IMG/VR virus record: IMGVR_UViG_3300007956_000001
Span: 1 to 64,000 of that record
DNA length: 64,000 nt
Source of the DNA: an uncultured virus (IMG/VR IMGVR_UViG_3300007956_000001)
Taxonomy: Duplodnaviria > Heunggongvirae > Uroviricota > Caudoviricetes
Reading direction: 5' to 3' (one strand)
Under the pieces are notes generated by a model. It was not told where the DNA came from, ran no database searches, and worked only from the letters and a program-made list of their open reading frames with translations. The position numbers and the translations under genes were made by a program. Each line of letters opens with the position of its first letter. Positions within the stretch are counted from its first letter, which is position 1. Below, one piece after another: positions 9,678 through 19,400 of this stretch.

Positions 9678-10409
9678 ATGCCTTTACCAAAAATATCTAC
9701 CCCAACTTATGAGTTGGAATTGCCTTCTAATGGGAAAAAGATTAAATATAGACCATTTCTAGTTAGAGAAGAAAAAGTATTAATTATTGCATTAGAATCA
9801 AGAGATGCAATGCAAATTACAAGTGCAATTAAACAAGTATTATCCGAGTGCATTTTAACAAAAGGCATTAAAGTGGATGAATTGCCAACATTTGATATTG
9901 AATATGTTTTCCTAAATGTTAGAGGAAAATCTGTAGGTGAATCAATTGATCTTTTGGTTACATGTTATGATGATGATAGCAATACACAAGTTCCTGTAAC
10001 TGTGTTTGTTGATGAAGTAAAAGTACAGAAAAATAAAGACCACAATCCTGATATTAATTTAGGTTCTGATTTAATCATGAGAATGAAGTATCCATCATTG
10101 GATCAATTTATTAAAAATAATTTTGATTTTAATGATGTTCAGGATGAAAGTAATATCGAAAAGTCATTTAATATTATTGCATCGTGTATTGATACTGTTT
10201 TTAATGCAGAAGAGGCATGGGCTGCTGCTGATTGCACGAAGCAAGAACTTGTAGAATTTGTTGAAGGTTTAACATCAGAACAATTCAAGGAAATTGAAAA
10301 GTTTTTCCAGACCATGCCAAAACTTTCTCACACAATATCAGTGAAGAATCCTAAAACTGGTGTTTTAAATACAGTTACGTTGGAGGGATTAACGAGTTTT
10401 TTCGGCTGA
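9678..10409 (+). CDS. gp26: Baseplate hub assembly protein gp26
   Basis: MPLPKISTPTYELELPS, YRPFLVREEK, RGKSVGE, FFQTMPKL, LEGLTSFF. Confidence 0.92.
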   Translation: MPLPKISTPTYELELPSNGKKIKYRPFLVREEKVLIIALESRDAMQITSAIKQVLSECILTKGIKVDELPTFDIEYVFLNVRGKSVGESIDLLVTCYDDDSNTQVPVTVFVDEVKVQKNKDHNPDINLGSDLIMRMKYPSLDQFIKNNFDFNDVQDESNIEKSFNIIASCIDTVFNAEEAWAAADCTKQELVEFVEGLTSEQFKEIEKFFQTMPKLSHTISVKNPKTGVLNTVTLEGLTSFFG

Positions 10410-10411
10410 TT

Positions 10412-10594
10412 ATGTCTCATATGGATCTTGAGGCATACTATAGAATAAATTTTGCTTTGCTACAGTTTCATAAATATTCTTTGACTGAGGTAGAAAATAT
10501 GATTCCTTGGGAAAGAGATGTTTATGTTGGACTTTTGAAGCAGCATATTGAAGAGGAACAGTTAAAACAACAGCAGCAAAAAAATGCCAGTTAG
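10412..10594 (+). CDS. gp51: Baseplate hub assembly catalyst gp51
   Basis: YYRINFAL.Q.HKYSL.EVENMIPWERDVY. Confidence 0.9.
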   Translation: MSHMDLEAYYRINFALLQFHKYSLTEVENMIPWERDVYVGLLKQHIEEEQLKQQQQKNAS

Positions 10595-12710
10595 ATCACC
10601 ACTAAATCCAGAAGCAATAACGGGCAATCCACCTGCAAGTCTTGAATCATTTCAAAATTTTATTTCTGGTGGATCATCAGTAGGGCAATCTACAGTATCT
10701 GCTTCTGGACAACAAGATATTGGTTTTCAAAGAGCATCTGTTAAGGCAGTAAATCCAGATATAAGCTCTATTGTTAATACAATTTCTAGCAATATTCAAA
10801 ATGAACTGAATAGTACCCTACAAAATGTAACGAATATTGTTAATAGAAATGTTAGTGATAAAATCAAAGATAATAATAAATTAATAATTAGACAAATTGG
10901 AAATATTGTTGAAAGAAAAGATTCTTCAATAACTAATTTACAAAATTCTGTTAGAAATATTACTCAAGAAAATAATAAACTAGTTCAGAATGTAACTGGT
11001 GACTTACAGAGGCAAATTGATTTGGTAAAAGAATCCAAATCAAATACTACTTTGGGTGGGGACTTAGGTTCTTACAATGTTATGAATGAAGTGCAGCAAT
11101 TGGTTGATAAGTCAACCAATATCACAAATAGAAGTGTTGATAGAAAGATAAAAGATGTAGGTACAGGATTAAGTACTCAGATACAGCAAGTTAGACAATC
11201 ACAGGGTTCTCAGGTAACTCAAGTACAGAATAGTCTTCAAAATGTAAGACAAGAAACAAATAATATTGTACAGAAATTAACAGGTGATTATCAAAAGAAA
11301 ATTAAAGATATTGATGCGGCTAAACCAACAAATATCTTAGATAAATTCTTAGACACATATAATAATGCTTTAGGTTTCTTACAGTTCTTTGCAAATAAAA
11401 AGAATGTTGATGGATTAAGAAAAAATTTAAAGAATCTTGTTACTTCATTTACTGAAAGTTTTGAAGTTGCTAAGTTAGTTAGGCAAACACTATTTAAAAT
11501 AGTTGGACAATTATCAAATCTACCGAAAGCATCTCCTGGTAGAGGTAGTGGAATTAACCTTGATGTTAGAATGCCACGCAAAGGACCAAATGCAGCAAAA
11601 CCAAGAGGTGGAAGAGTGGGTGGTCTTATGCGAAGAATGGCATTACCAGCCCTTGGTGTGGGTGCTCTTGCAGTTGGTGGTGCAGCCACAGTAAATGCCT
11701 TGGAAAATAAACCACAAATACAAAAAGAAGATAACAAATTTAATTTTTTAGATTCATTAAAGGGTATTGTTGATGGATTTGCGGGAACGATATTTGGATT
11801 TTTAAATGAAGATAAAAATGATGATGACCCCAAACCAAGTGGACCACAACCAGTATCAAGACCATCCGGGGATACTACTGGTTCTACAGTAGCAGGTGAG
11901 AATCTGGCTGCTGTTACATCAACATTGGAAGCAACTGGATTACAAAATCAAGCAGATGTTATGCAAGTAGCGTTAAATCGTGTTAATAATCCACTCACAC
12001 CTTATGGTGATTTATTTGGACAGATGACTGAGAGAGAACAGTTTAGTCCAATATCATCAATGATATATGATATCCCAAGTGAAGACCCTGATGCAGAACG
12101 TGTATACGGTCCAATAAAAGCAAAACTTGGAAAAACACCAGAAGAAAGAATTAAAAAAATAAAAGAATTATCTAGTGGTACTGATGGTATACAAAACTTT
12201 GCTGATTTTATCGGAAGACCAGAGATAGCAGCACCGGCATCAAATGTGTTAAAGCAATTCAAAAATGATACTGCAGTAGCAGCACAATCTCGTGATTTTG
12301 TTGGTGATTTAATTTCATTTAGAGGTTATGCTGGACGGGGTAAGAGAAGAGGTCCTGGAGGAAATTATTTGTTTGATTCTGGTGGTAAAATTGGAAAACT
12401 TCCAGTTGCAAAAATAGACCCCAATGCTAAAGGTGGGTTTGAATTAGATCCAAGAGGACTACAAAGGTCACCAGAACAAATAGAAGCAATATCTAAACCA
12501 ATACCATCAGGTTCTGGTAGTGGGTCGTCAAGTGTTGTTCCATTAGATTTGTCTGGTGCCGCACCACAACAGCAAGCATCTGGAGGAGGTTCTCCTACTA
12601 TTCTTGCAGGTAAAAATGAAGGACCAACAGTTCCACAGTTAGCATCTGGTGATAGTGAAAACTTCTTAACCATGTATTCAAAACTAACTTACAATATTGT
12701 TGACGGATAA
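10584..12710 (+). CDS. Large virion protein (hub or tape-measure region) with coiled-coil N-terminus and SleB-like cell-wall hydrolase domain
   Basis: LEA...QADVMQVALNRV...QFS...GNYLF matches the Hydrolase_2/SleB pattern. Confidence 0.65.
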   Translation: MPVRSPLNPEAITGNPPASLESFQNFISGGSSVGQSTVSASGQQDIGFQRASVKAVNPDISSIVNTISSNIQNELNSTLQNVTNIVNRNVSDKIKDNNKLIIRQIGNIVERKDSSITNLQNSVRNITQENNKLVQNVTGDLQRQIDLVKESKSNTTLGGDLGSYNVMNEVQQLVDKSTNITNRSVDRKIKDVGTGLSTQIQQVRQSQGSQVTQVQNSLQNVRQETNNIVQKLTGDYQKKIKDIDAAKPTNILDKFLDTYNNALGFLQFFANKKNVDGLRKNLKNLVTSFTESFEVAKLVRQTLFKIVGQLSNLPKASPGRGSGINLDVRMPRKGPNAAKPRGGRVGGLMRRMALPALGVGALAVGGAATVNALENKPQIQKEDNKFNFLDSLKGIVDGFAGTIFGFLNEDKNDDDPKPSGPQPVSRPSGDTTGSTVAGENLAAVTSTLEATGLQNQADVMQVALNRVNNPLTPYGDLFGQMTEREQFSPISSMIYDIPSEDPDAERVYGPIKAKLGKTPEERIKKIKELSSGTDGIQNFADFIGRPEIAAPASNVLKQFKNDTAVAAQSRDFVGDLISFRGYAGRGKRRGPGGNYLFDSGGKIGKLPVAKIDPNAKGGFELDPRGLQRSPEQIEAISKPIPSGSGSGSSSVVPLDLSGAAPQQQASGGGSPTILAGKNEGPTVPQLASGDSENFLTMYSKLTYNIVDG
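12412..12476 (+). repeat. 65-bp direct repeat, copy 1
   Basis: 63/65 identical to 14625-14689. Confidence 0.95.
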
Positions 12711-14908
12711 TGGCAAAAACAAAAGCAGTATCATCACCATTAGTATCGGCATTTAATAATATTGCCGCATTCAATAGCAGAACTAAAAGAGAACTGCCAA
12801 AAATGCAGCAAGATTATGAATCTTTTTCTCTATTAATTGATAGAGAAAAAAATGCTTTGGATGCAGTAAATCTTCCAAAGAAGAGAAAGATAAAGGAATT
12901 ACAAAATTTAAATGTCGGTGGTTTATTTGGTAATCCTGGTAGTTTACTGAGTAATTTCGCATCTGGTGCTGTAGATGCTGCTGGTTTACTTGGGGGAATG
13001 TATCCACAGAAAGGAACACCAGGAAAACCACAGAAACCCAGTGGAAAACCAAAAGCACCTAAAGTATCTGGCACAAAAATAAAGTTTGGCCCATTAAGAT
13101 CTATTGGTATCTTAAATTCAATATTTGCGGGACTTGATTTTGCTACTGGATTGCAGGAAGGTGAGAGTGTAGGAAAAGCAGCAGCAGGTGCTGGTGGTTC
13201 TCTTGCTGGGGGAATTCTTGGAGGTATGATTGGTCAAGCTCTCATACCTATTCCTGGTGTTGGATTTGTCTTGGGTAGTACAGCAGGTAGTTTCTTGGGT
13301 GGTTACGGTGGTGACAGGGCATATGAATCAACTGTTCAAAATAAACAAGACACTGCAGTAAAAGAATTAATAAAGGAACAAAAACAAAATACAAAAGATA
13401 AGAGTTCTTATGACGGATTTTTAAGATCATTCCAAGGATTTTCCAACCAGTTCACTAAATTCTTAACTGGTTTTGGATTATTACCTAAAGCACCAGTTTC
13501 AGATGAATCCTCATCATCAATGCTTGATAATCTACATAAAGGATTAGAAGGAGAAAATACTTTTATACAAGGTAATACTGGAAATTCTCGTGGTGACCAT
13601 TTTCATATTGGACCAGATTATGAAGTTTATGGTAAACCAGAGGGTTTACCTGCTGCGAGAAAAGGTGCATATAAAATTGCTAAGAATTTGTTGTCAAGAA
13701 AGATACCTTTTACATTTACAAATGCACAAATTAATGTGGATGCTGAAAATCCCCCAGATGATGCAACATTAAAGCAATATATCGAGCAAGAACAGAATGC
13801 TCATATGACTAGATCTTCTGGTAGTTCTCATGGTGGACTTGATATTGCAGCACCAAAAGGAACGACAATTCCTGGTATTAAAGATGTGAAAGAGATTCCT
13901 AATGGGTTTGGGATTCAAGGAAAAATTTCAGGAACACAAGCATTTGTAGGTCATGGAGCACATGGTTCAAAATCATCACCAAATGTGGTTAAAAAAGAGA
14001 AAATCGCAGGTATTTCTCCTACAGGATCACATGATATTATTATTCCTTTAGACCATGTTCCATCTTCTTTATCTGGAAAATTTCCAGATACTGATGCCAA
14101 AACATCATTTAAACAATCAACATATACTGGTGCTGATGGCCGAGAGCGTGAGCATCAAGATCCTGCTGCAGAAAAATTAAAAGCAAAGTTAGAAGCACAG
14201 GGATATAATGTTGCTATTGTAAAACCAGAGTCATTTTCTTCATATCAAGCATATGATAAGTATATTAAATCACAATCTAAAAAGGGTGTTCGAGTTCTAC
14301 CACTTCATTTTGATGCCAAAGGAAGCACTGGATTTATGACCATAACAAGACCAGGAGATGATGAAGATTCAAATCTTGCCGCACCTATCAATACTGCGTT
14401 AAGTGAATTTTCATCTTCTAATCCCGAACTTGGAAGTTTTAGAACAAGCACTCAGGGAAATGCAACAGTAAATGCTGGTGCTGCATCACCCACAGCATTA
14501 GTTGAACTTGGTGTTATGGTTGATTGGGAAAAGCATTATGGGAAGAATTTTACACAAACCAAAAAATTTGATGAGTTTATTCAAAGTCTATCTACTGCCA
14601 TCGGAACAGTAGCACCAAAAGGACAAATAGACCCCAATGCTAAAGGTGGATTTGAATTAGATTCAAGAGGACTACAAAGGTCACCAGAAAGTATTAGACA
14701 ATACCCATCTTATGATAAACCAGGTTCTTCAACTACAATTGTACCTGTAATATTACCAAGCACATCTTCTCCTGGAGGGGTGGGTGGAGCACCATCAATT
14801 GGTGGGGGAGGATCTCCTTCGCAAATAATTCCTGGTGGAATCTCCGACAGTGCTTTGGTAAATAGTTTAATGAAAAAGATATTCTTAACTAATCTAAACG
14901 ATACCTAA
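12710..14908 (+). CDS. Large virion protein with Gly-rich hydrophobic segment, M23-like peptidase and Amidase_3-like domains
   Basis: GNTGNSRGDHFH, HGGLDIAAPKGT; LDH...RERE...LHFD...LVELG. Confidence 0.65.
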   Translation: MAKTKAVSSPLVSAFNNIAAFNSRTKRELPKMQQDYESFSLLIDREKNALDAVNLPKKRKIKELQNLNVGGLFGNPGSLLSNFASGAVDAAGLLGGMYPQKGTPGKPQKPSGKPKAPKVSGTKIKFGPLRSIGILNSIFAGLDFATGLQEGESVGKAAAGAGGSLAGGILGGMIGQALIPIPGVGFVLGSTAGSFLGGYGGDRAYESTVQNKQDTAVKELIKEQKQNTKDKSSYDGFLRSFQGFSNQFTKFLTGFGLLPKAPVSDESSSSMLDNLHKGLEGENTFIQGNTGNSRGDHFHIGPDYEVYGKPEGLPAARKGAYKIAKNLLSRKIPFTFTNAQINVDAENPPDDATLKQYIEQEQNAHMTRSSGSSHGGLDIAAPKGTTIPGIKDVKEIPNGFGIQGKISGTQAFVGHGAHGSKSSPNVVKKEKIAGISPTGSHDIIIPLDHVPSSLSGKFPDTDAKTSFKQSTYTGADGREREHQDPAAEKLKAKLEAQGYNVAIVKPESFSSYQAYDKYIKSQSKKGVRVLPLHFDAKGSTGFMTITRPGDDEDSNLAAPINTALSEFSSSNPELGSFRTSTQGNATVNAGAASPTALVELGVMVDWEKHYGKNFTQTKKFDEFIQSLSTAIGTVAPKGQIDPNAKGGFELDSRGLQRSPESIRQYPSYDKPGSSTTIVPVILPSTSSPGGVGGAPSIGGGGSPSQIIPGGISDSALVNSLMKKIFLTNLNDT
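14625..14689 (+). repeat. 65-bp direct repeat, copy 2
   Basis: 63/65 identical to 12412-12476. Confidence 0.95.
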
Positions 14909-16224
14909 TGTCAAACGAAGCAGTAAGTGGTTTACAATTTAATTATGCCGTCATAACTTCTCTAGATGGTGAGAATGAAGTGGATATATCCAATATAATT
15001 ATTCATTCTGATTACTATGAGGATATTTTGTCTCCATGCGTAACTATGTCAGTAACTGTTGTTAACACAACATCATTATATAATTTTCTACCCATTAGGG
15101 GTGGTGAAAAATTTGTATTTAGTGTTAATACTCCTAGTGGTGAATTTACATTGGATGAGGAATACTCAATGTATGTATTTAAAGTTAGTAATATTAATCC
15201 TAGAGATACTAATGAATACTTCACCATTCATTTTACTTCATTTGAAGGAGTAAATAATGAAAAATCAAGGTGTTTAAGAAAATATACAGGTAATCTAAAG
15301 ACTACCGTAGAGAAGATATTGGAAGAAGATTTAGGGACGACAAAATATAAAGAAGAAAATATTGAACAAACTTCCAATTCATATAGTTTTATAGGAAACA
15401 TAAGAAAACCATTTAGAGTTCTTACTTGGTTAGGAACAAAGGGGTTACCAGTAGTAAATGGTAGTGGGGGAAATACTGGTGATGGAAGTACAGAAGGTGA
15501 AGCAAAAGGAACTGCTGGATTCTTTTTCTGGGAGAATCAAGATGGATTTAACTTTAAAAGTATAGAAAGTTTGGTTTCAAACACACAAATTGGTTCTGGG
15601 TCAGCTGACAATACGGAGATTCCGGGTTATACTTATACAGGAGCAACATCATATGATGATACTAGAGCTGAATTTAGAATCTTAAATTATAAGATTGAAA
15701 AAAATATTGATTTGTTAAAAGCACTAAGAGTAGGCATGTATGTAAATAAAACATACTTCTATGATTACTATAGTGGAATTTGTAAAACATATATTTATAA
15801 ATTAAAAGAACAAATTCAGTTAACTTTAGGTACTGATAATGATATTGCATTATCAGAAGAATTGGGTGAAGGATGGACTCGACAGATGGTAAGAATTGCC
15901 GACACTGGTGTTCTAGATAATACTGAGGACATTTCAAACCCATCAGGAAGAGATGCTGCAGATATGGCAAAAGCAGCAGCAAGATATAATTTACTCTTTA
16001 CTCAGTCCCTAAATATGACAGTACCATGTAATGTTAATTTAAAATCTGGTGATATCGTTTATTGTGAATTTCCAGAAATTAAAGGTGGTTCTGACAAAAT
16101 TGATGAACAACAAAGTGGAAATTATTTGATAAGTCAATTAAGGCACCACATAGAAGGTTCTCAAATGGTAACTTCTTTAAAACTTATTAGAGATAGTTAC
16201 GGTGTATATGGCACATCTACTTAA
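14908..16224 (+). CDS. Baseplate hub protein (gp27/late control D-like)
   Basis: YYEDILSP, FFFWENQDGFNFKSIE, SGNYLISQLRH...LIRDS; precedes gp5. Confidence 0.6.
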   Translation: MSNEAVSGLQFNYAVITSLDGENEVDISNIIIHSDYYEDILSPCVTMSVTVVNTTSLYNFLPIRGGEKFVFSVNTPSGEFTLDEEYSMYVFKVSNINPRDTNEYFTIHFTSFEGVNNEKSRCLRKYTGNLKTTVEKILEEDLGTTKYKEENIEQTSNSYSFIGNIRKPFRVLTWLGTKGLPVVNGSGGNTGDGSTEGEAKGTAGFFFWENQDGFNFKSIESLVSNTQIGSGSADNTEIPGYTYTGATSYDDTRAEFRILNYKIEKNIDLLKALRVGMYVNKTYFYDYYSGICKTYIYKLKEQIQLTLGTDNDIALSEELGEGWTRQMVRIADTGVLDNTEDISNPSGRDAADMAKAAARYNLLFTQSLNMTVPCNVNLKSGDIVYCEFPEIKGGSDKIDEQQSGNYLISQLRHHIEGSQMVTSLKLIRDSYGVYGTST

Positions 16225-16233
16225 AAGGTAAAT

Positions 16234-16461
16234 ATGGAAAGTATCGAAAAGCATATAAAAGTTGATAAAGAGATTTTAGATAACTCAACTATATCTCCAC
16301 AACAACGTCGTCACATTGAGGGTGAACTGCATGACTTAGAGGATTATGCAGAGAATCATAAAAAAGAGATTGAAGCAGGTGATCATCATGACCCTACTCC
16401 TTTAGAACTGTATTGTGATGCTAACCCATCAGAGCCAGAGTGTTTAGTTTACGAAGATTGA
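16234..16461 (+). CDS. cp12: CP12 Calvin-cycle inhibitor (phage type)
   Basis: C-terminal LELYCDANPSEPECLVYED CP12 signature. Confidence 0.92.
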   Translation: MESIEKHIKVDKEILDNSTISPQQRRHIEGELHDLEDYAENHKKEIEAGDHHDPTPLELYCDANPSEPECLVYED

Positions 16462-16467
16462 TAAAAA

Positions 16468-19400
16468 ATGATTGAAGGTTCTTTACTAAAATCCAATTTT
16501 ATTGGAAAAGACGGATTTGTTTGGTGGATAGGTCAAATTGCTCCAGCAAGTGTCTGGAGAACCGAAATGACCGATCCAGATACCACAACTGTTGAAAATC
16601 CATTAGGAACTGCTTGGGCATATAGATGCAAGGTAAGGGTAATTGGGTATCATCCTTTTGATAGGGAAGTATTACCTGATATCGACTTGCCTTGGGCACA
16701 TGTAATGACCACTGGTACTGATGGTGCTGCTCAGGGTGGTGTTGGTCAAACATTGCGTTTAACTGGTGGAGAAACTGCCTTCGGATTTTTTATTGATGGT
16801 GAAGAAGCACAGCAACCAGTAGTTGTTGGTTGTATTCATAGAAATGAAAGTGTTGGTAGTTTTCCATTAGAATCTATAAAAGACGAACTAAAACCATTTA
16901 GTGCCAGTCGAGGAAAATTAGTTCAAGGACCAACACAACAAAAAGCATTAAGCACTGTCATACAAGGAAGTGCAGATACATCACCAAGCCCATTACCAAA
17001 AGCAGGTTCTAGTGCAACTCCTGGCAAAATACCATCTCCCCAATCAGAACCCACAACTCCTGGAGGAGATACAACCACAGTCCCTGGTGCAGATAAACTA
17101 ACAAGAGAAGACAAAGCATCTGCTAAACATGCAGCAATTTTATCTACAGTCACGATAGTTAGAGAAAATGGTTGTAATGATAATTTAATTGGAAAAATTT
17201 CCAGTATATTGAACGAATTTATTGGATTCATTTCTGTCATACAAGAATTCCAAGGAAGTTATATTGACCCAATTGCAAATACATTTGTTGATATTACACA
17301 ATCAATAAAGGGGTTTGCAAGCAGAATTGCTGGCGTTGTGAAATTCATTGTCAATAATATGAGAGGTGCAATTATAAATCTCGTAACATCATTGTTTAGA
17401 GATTTTATTGCAAAAATTTTACCATTACCACAACATCCTCCAGTAGCAGAAGCAACAAAAAATATCATCAATATTATCTTTTGTTTATTTGAAAATTTAT
17501 TACCAAAACTCTTACAATTTATTGAAAATCTACTAACAAATATGGTTGGTAGAGTTATCAATGCACCTCTTTGTGCTGCTGAGGAGTTTACTGCTGGTAT
17601 TCTTGGAAAAATGATGGAATTTCTTGATGATATACTAGAACCAGTCATGTCTGGACTTGACTGGTTATTGGGTGGATTATCTCAGATTAGTAGTGTATTA
17701 AGTCAGGTATCTTCTGTTGCACAGCAGATTTTAAATTTTATAGGTTGCGATCAATTAAAATGTGAACCAGCATCTACTTGGAGTCCTTTGACTGGACCAC
17801 TTAGAAATTATAAAGATAGTTGGGCAAGAACATTAAGTAAATTAGATCTTCTTAAAGGTGTCAATGAATCTATTGACGAAGCAATGGGTTTTACTTCATT
17901 ATTTGGTTATACTGGAAATTCACCATTTAAGAGTTGTTCTAAAGAATCAATTAATCCATCAAGACAAGACAGCATAACACCACTACCACCAGGAATAAAA
18001 GCAGCAATATGTATACCACCAGAAATTAGAATATACGGTGATGGAATACAGGCATCGGCAGTTCCTATTGTTGCTGATAATGGTTCAATTTTAACTGTTG
18101 AAGTTCTTAATGCGGGTAAAGGATATAAGAAAGCACCAAGAGCAGTAATTATTGATAATACAAATCATGGTACTGGAGCAGAACTTGGTGTAAATATAGA
18201 AAACGGAAGTATTAGTGGAATATATGTTATTAATGCAGGGAGTGGATTTTGTAAAGGTGATTATACAAATCTAGTATCACCTTCAACATATCTTGTTACA
18301 GCAAACAAATATACAGTATTTGAAGGTGATACCGTACAGTTTACTATTAACACGACAAATATTCCTGATGGTACAAAATTAGAATATGAGATTAGTGGTG
18401 ACATCAATTTAAGTGATGTTAATTTGAAAAAGTTAAATAAAAAAATAAAAATTAATAATAATACTGCATCGTTGACTATCAAAGTAGAACAAGATAGTGA
18501 ACCAGAAGCAGTTGAAACAATGTTCTTTAATCTTTTTGATAAAGATGGAACATTAGTTGCAAATACTTTAGTGTTTGTAAATGATTTGGCTACTCCTTTA
18601 CTAGTACCAGAACCAACAGATCCTAGTGAGTCACCTCCTGGTGTTGCACCACCTCCTCCTGGTGGTGGAAATACTGGTCCTACTCCACCTACTCCTGTTC
18701 CACCTACTCCTGGTCCTACTCCTCCTCCTACTCCACCTACTCCTGGACCTACACCACCTACTCCTGTTCCTCCCCCTATTTTTCCACCACAACCTCCAGA
18801 GCCAACTCCACCAGTAAATGCTACATATGCTCTTAGTGCATCTGAAACTTCTATAGATGAGGGAGATTCTGTAACATTCACTTTAACAACAACTAATGTC
18901 CCCAGTAATACTTCAGTTGGATATTCACTATCTGGAATATCTGGTGGTGATGTTGTAGGTGGAAATACTACTGGTGTGTTTACTATCGGAAATAATGGAC
19001 AAGCAACTGTCACGATTGAAACTGCTTTAGATTCCTTAAATGAAGTATTTGAAGTCATGAAGATGACTTTAAATAATGGGAGAGCATTTGCATCAGTTAG
19101 TATTACGGATACATCCCCTACTCCACCTGGACCCCCTACTCCTCCTGGACCTACTCCACAACCTCCTGGTCCTACTCCTACACCACAACCACCTGGACCC
19201 CCTACTCCTCCTGGACCTACACCAGGACCAGATCCTGATACTGGTGTTCGGTATAAACTGGTTAGTGATAAACCAACAGTTCTTAAAGGTGAAAATGTAT
19301 TAATTACTCTATCAACAACTAACCTTGATGATGGACAAAGAGTTTCATACACAATTAGTGGTGTAACTTCTGATGACTTATTTGCTGGAAGTTCTTTAAC

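Noticed and set aside
11291..11833. Long antisense ORFs, also 33447-33965, 20881-21300 and 52612-53142
   Set aside because: They lie opposite well-supported genes and have shadow-frame composition
12412..14689. 65-bp repeat as a diversity-generating retroelement template/variable pair
   Set aside because: Only two mismatches, one not at adenine; both copies are coding; no reverse transcriptase in the window
18261..19352. 363-aa Gly/Val-rich minus-strand ORF
   Set aside because: Antisense shadow of the Pro-rich gp5 region; no independent start signals or motifs
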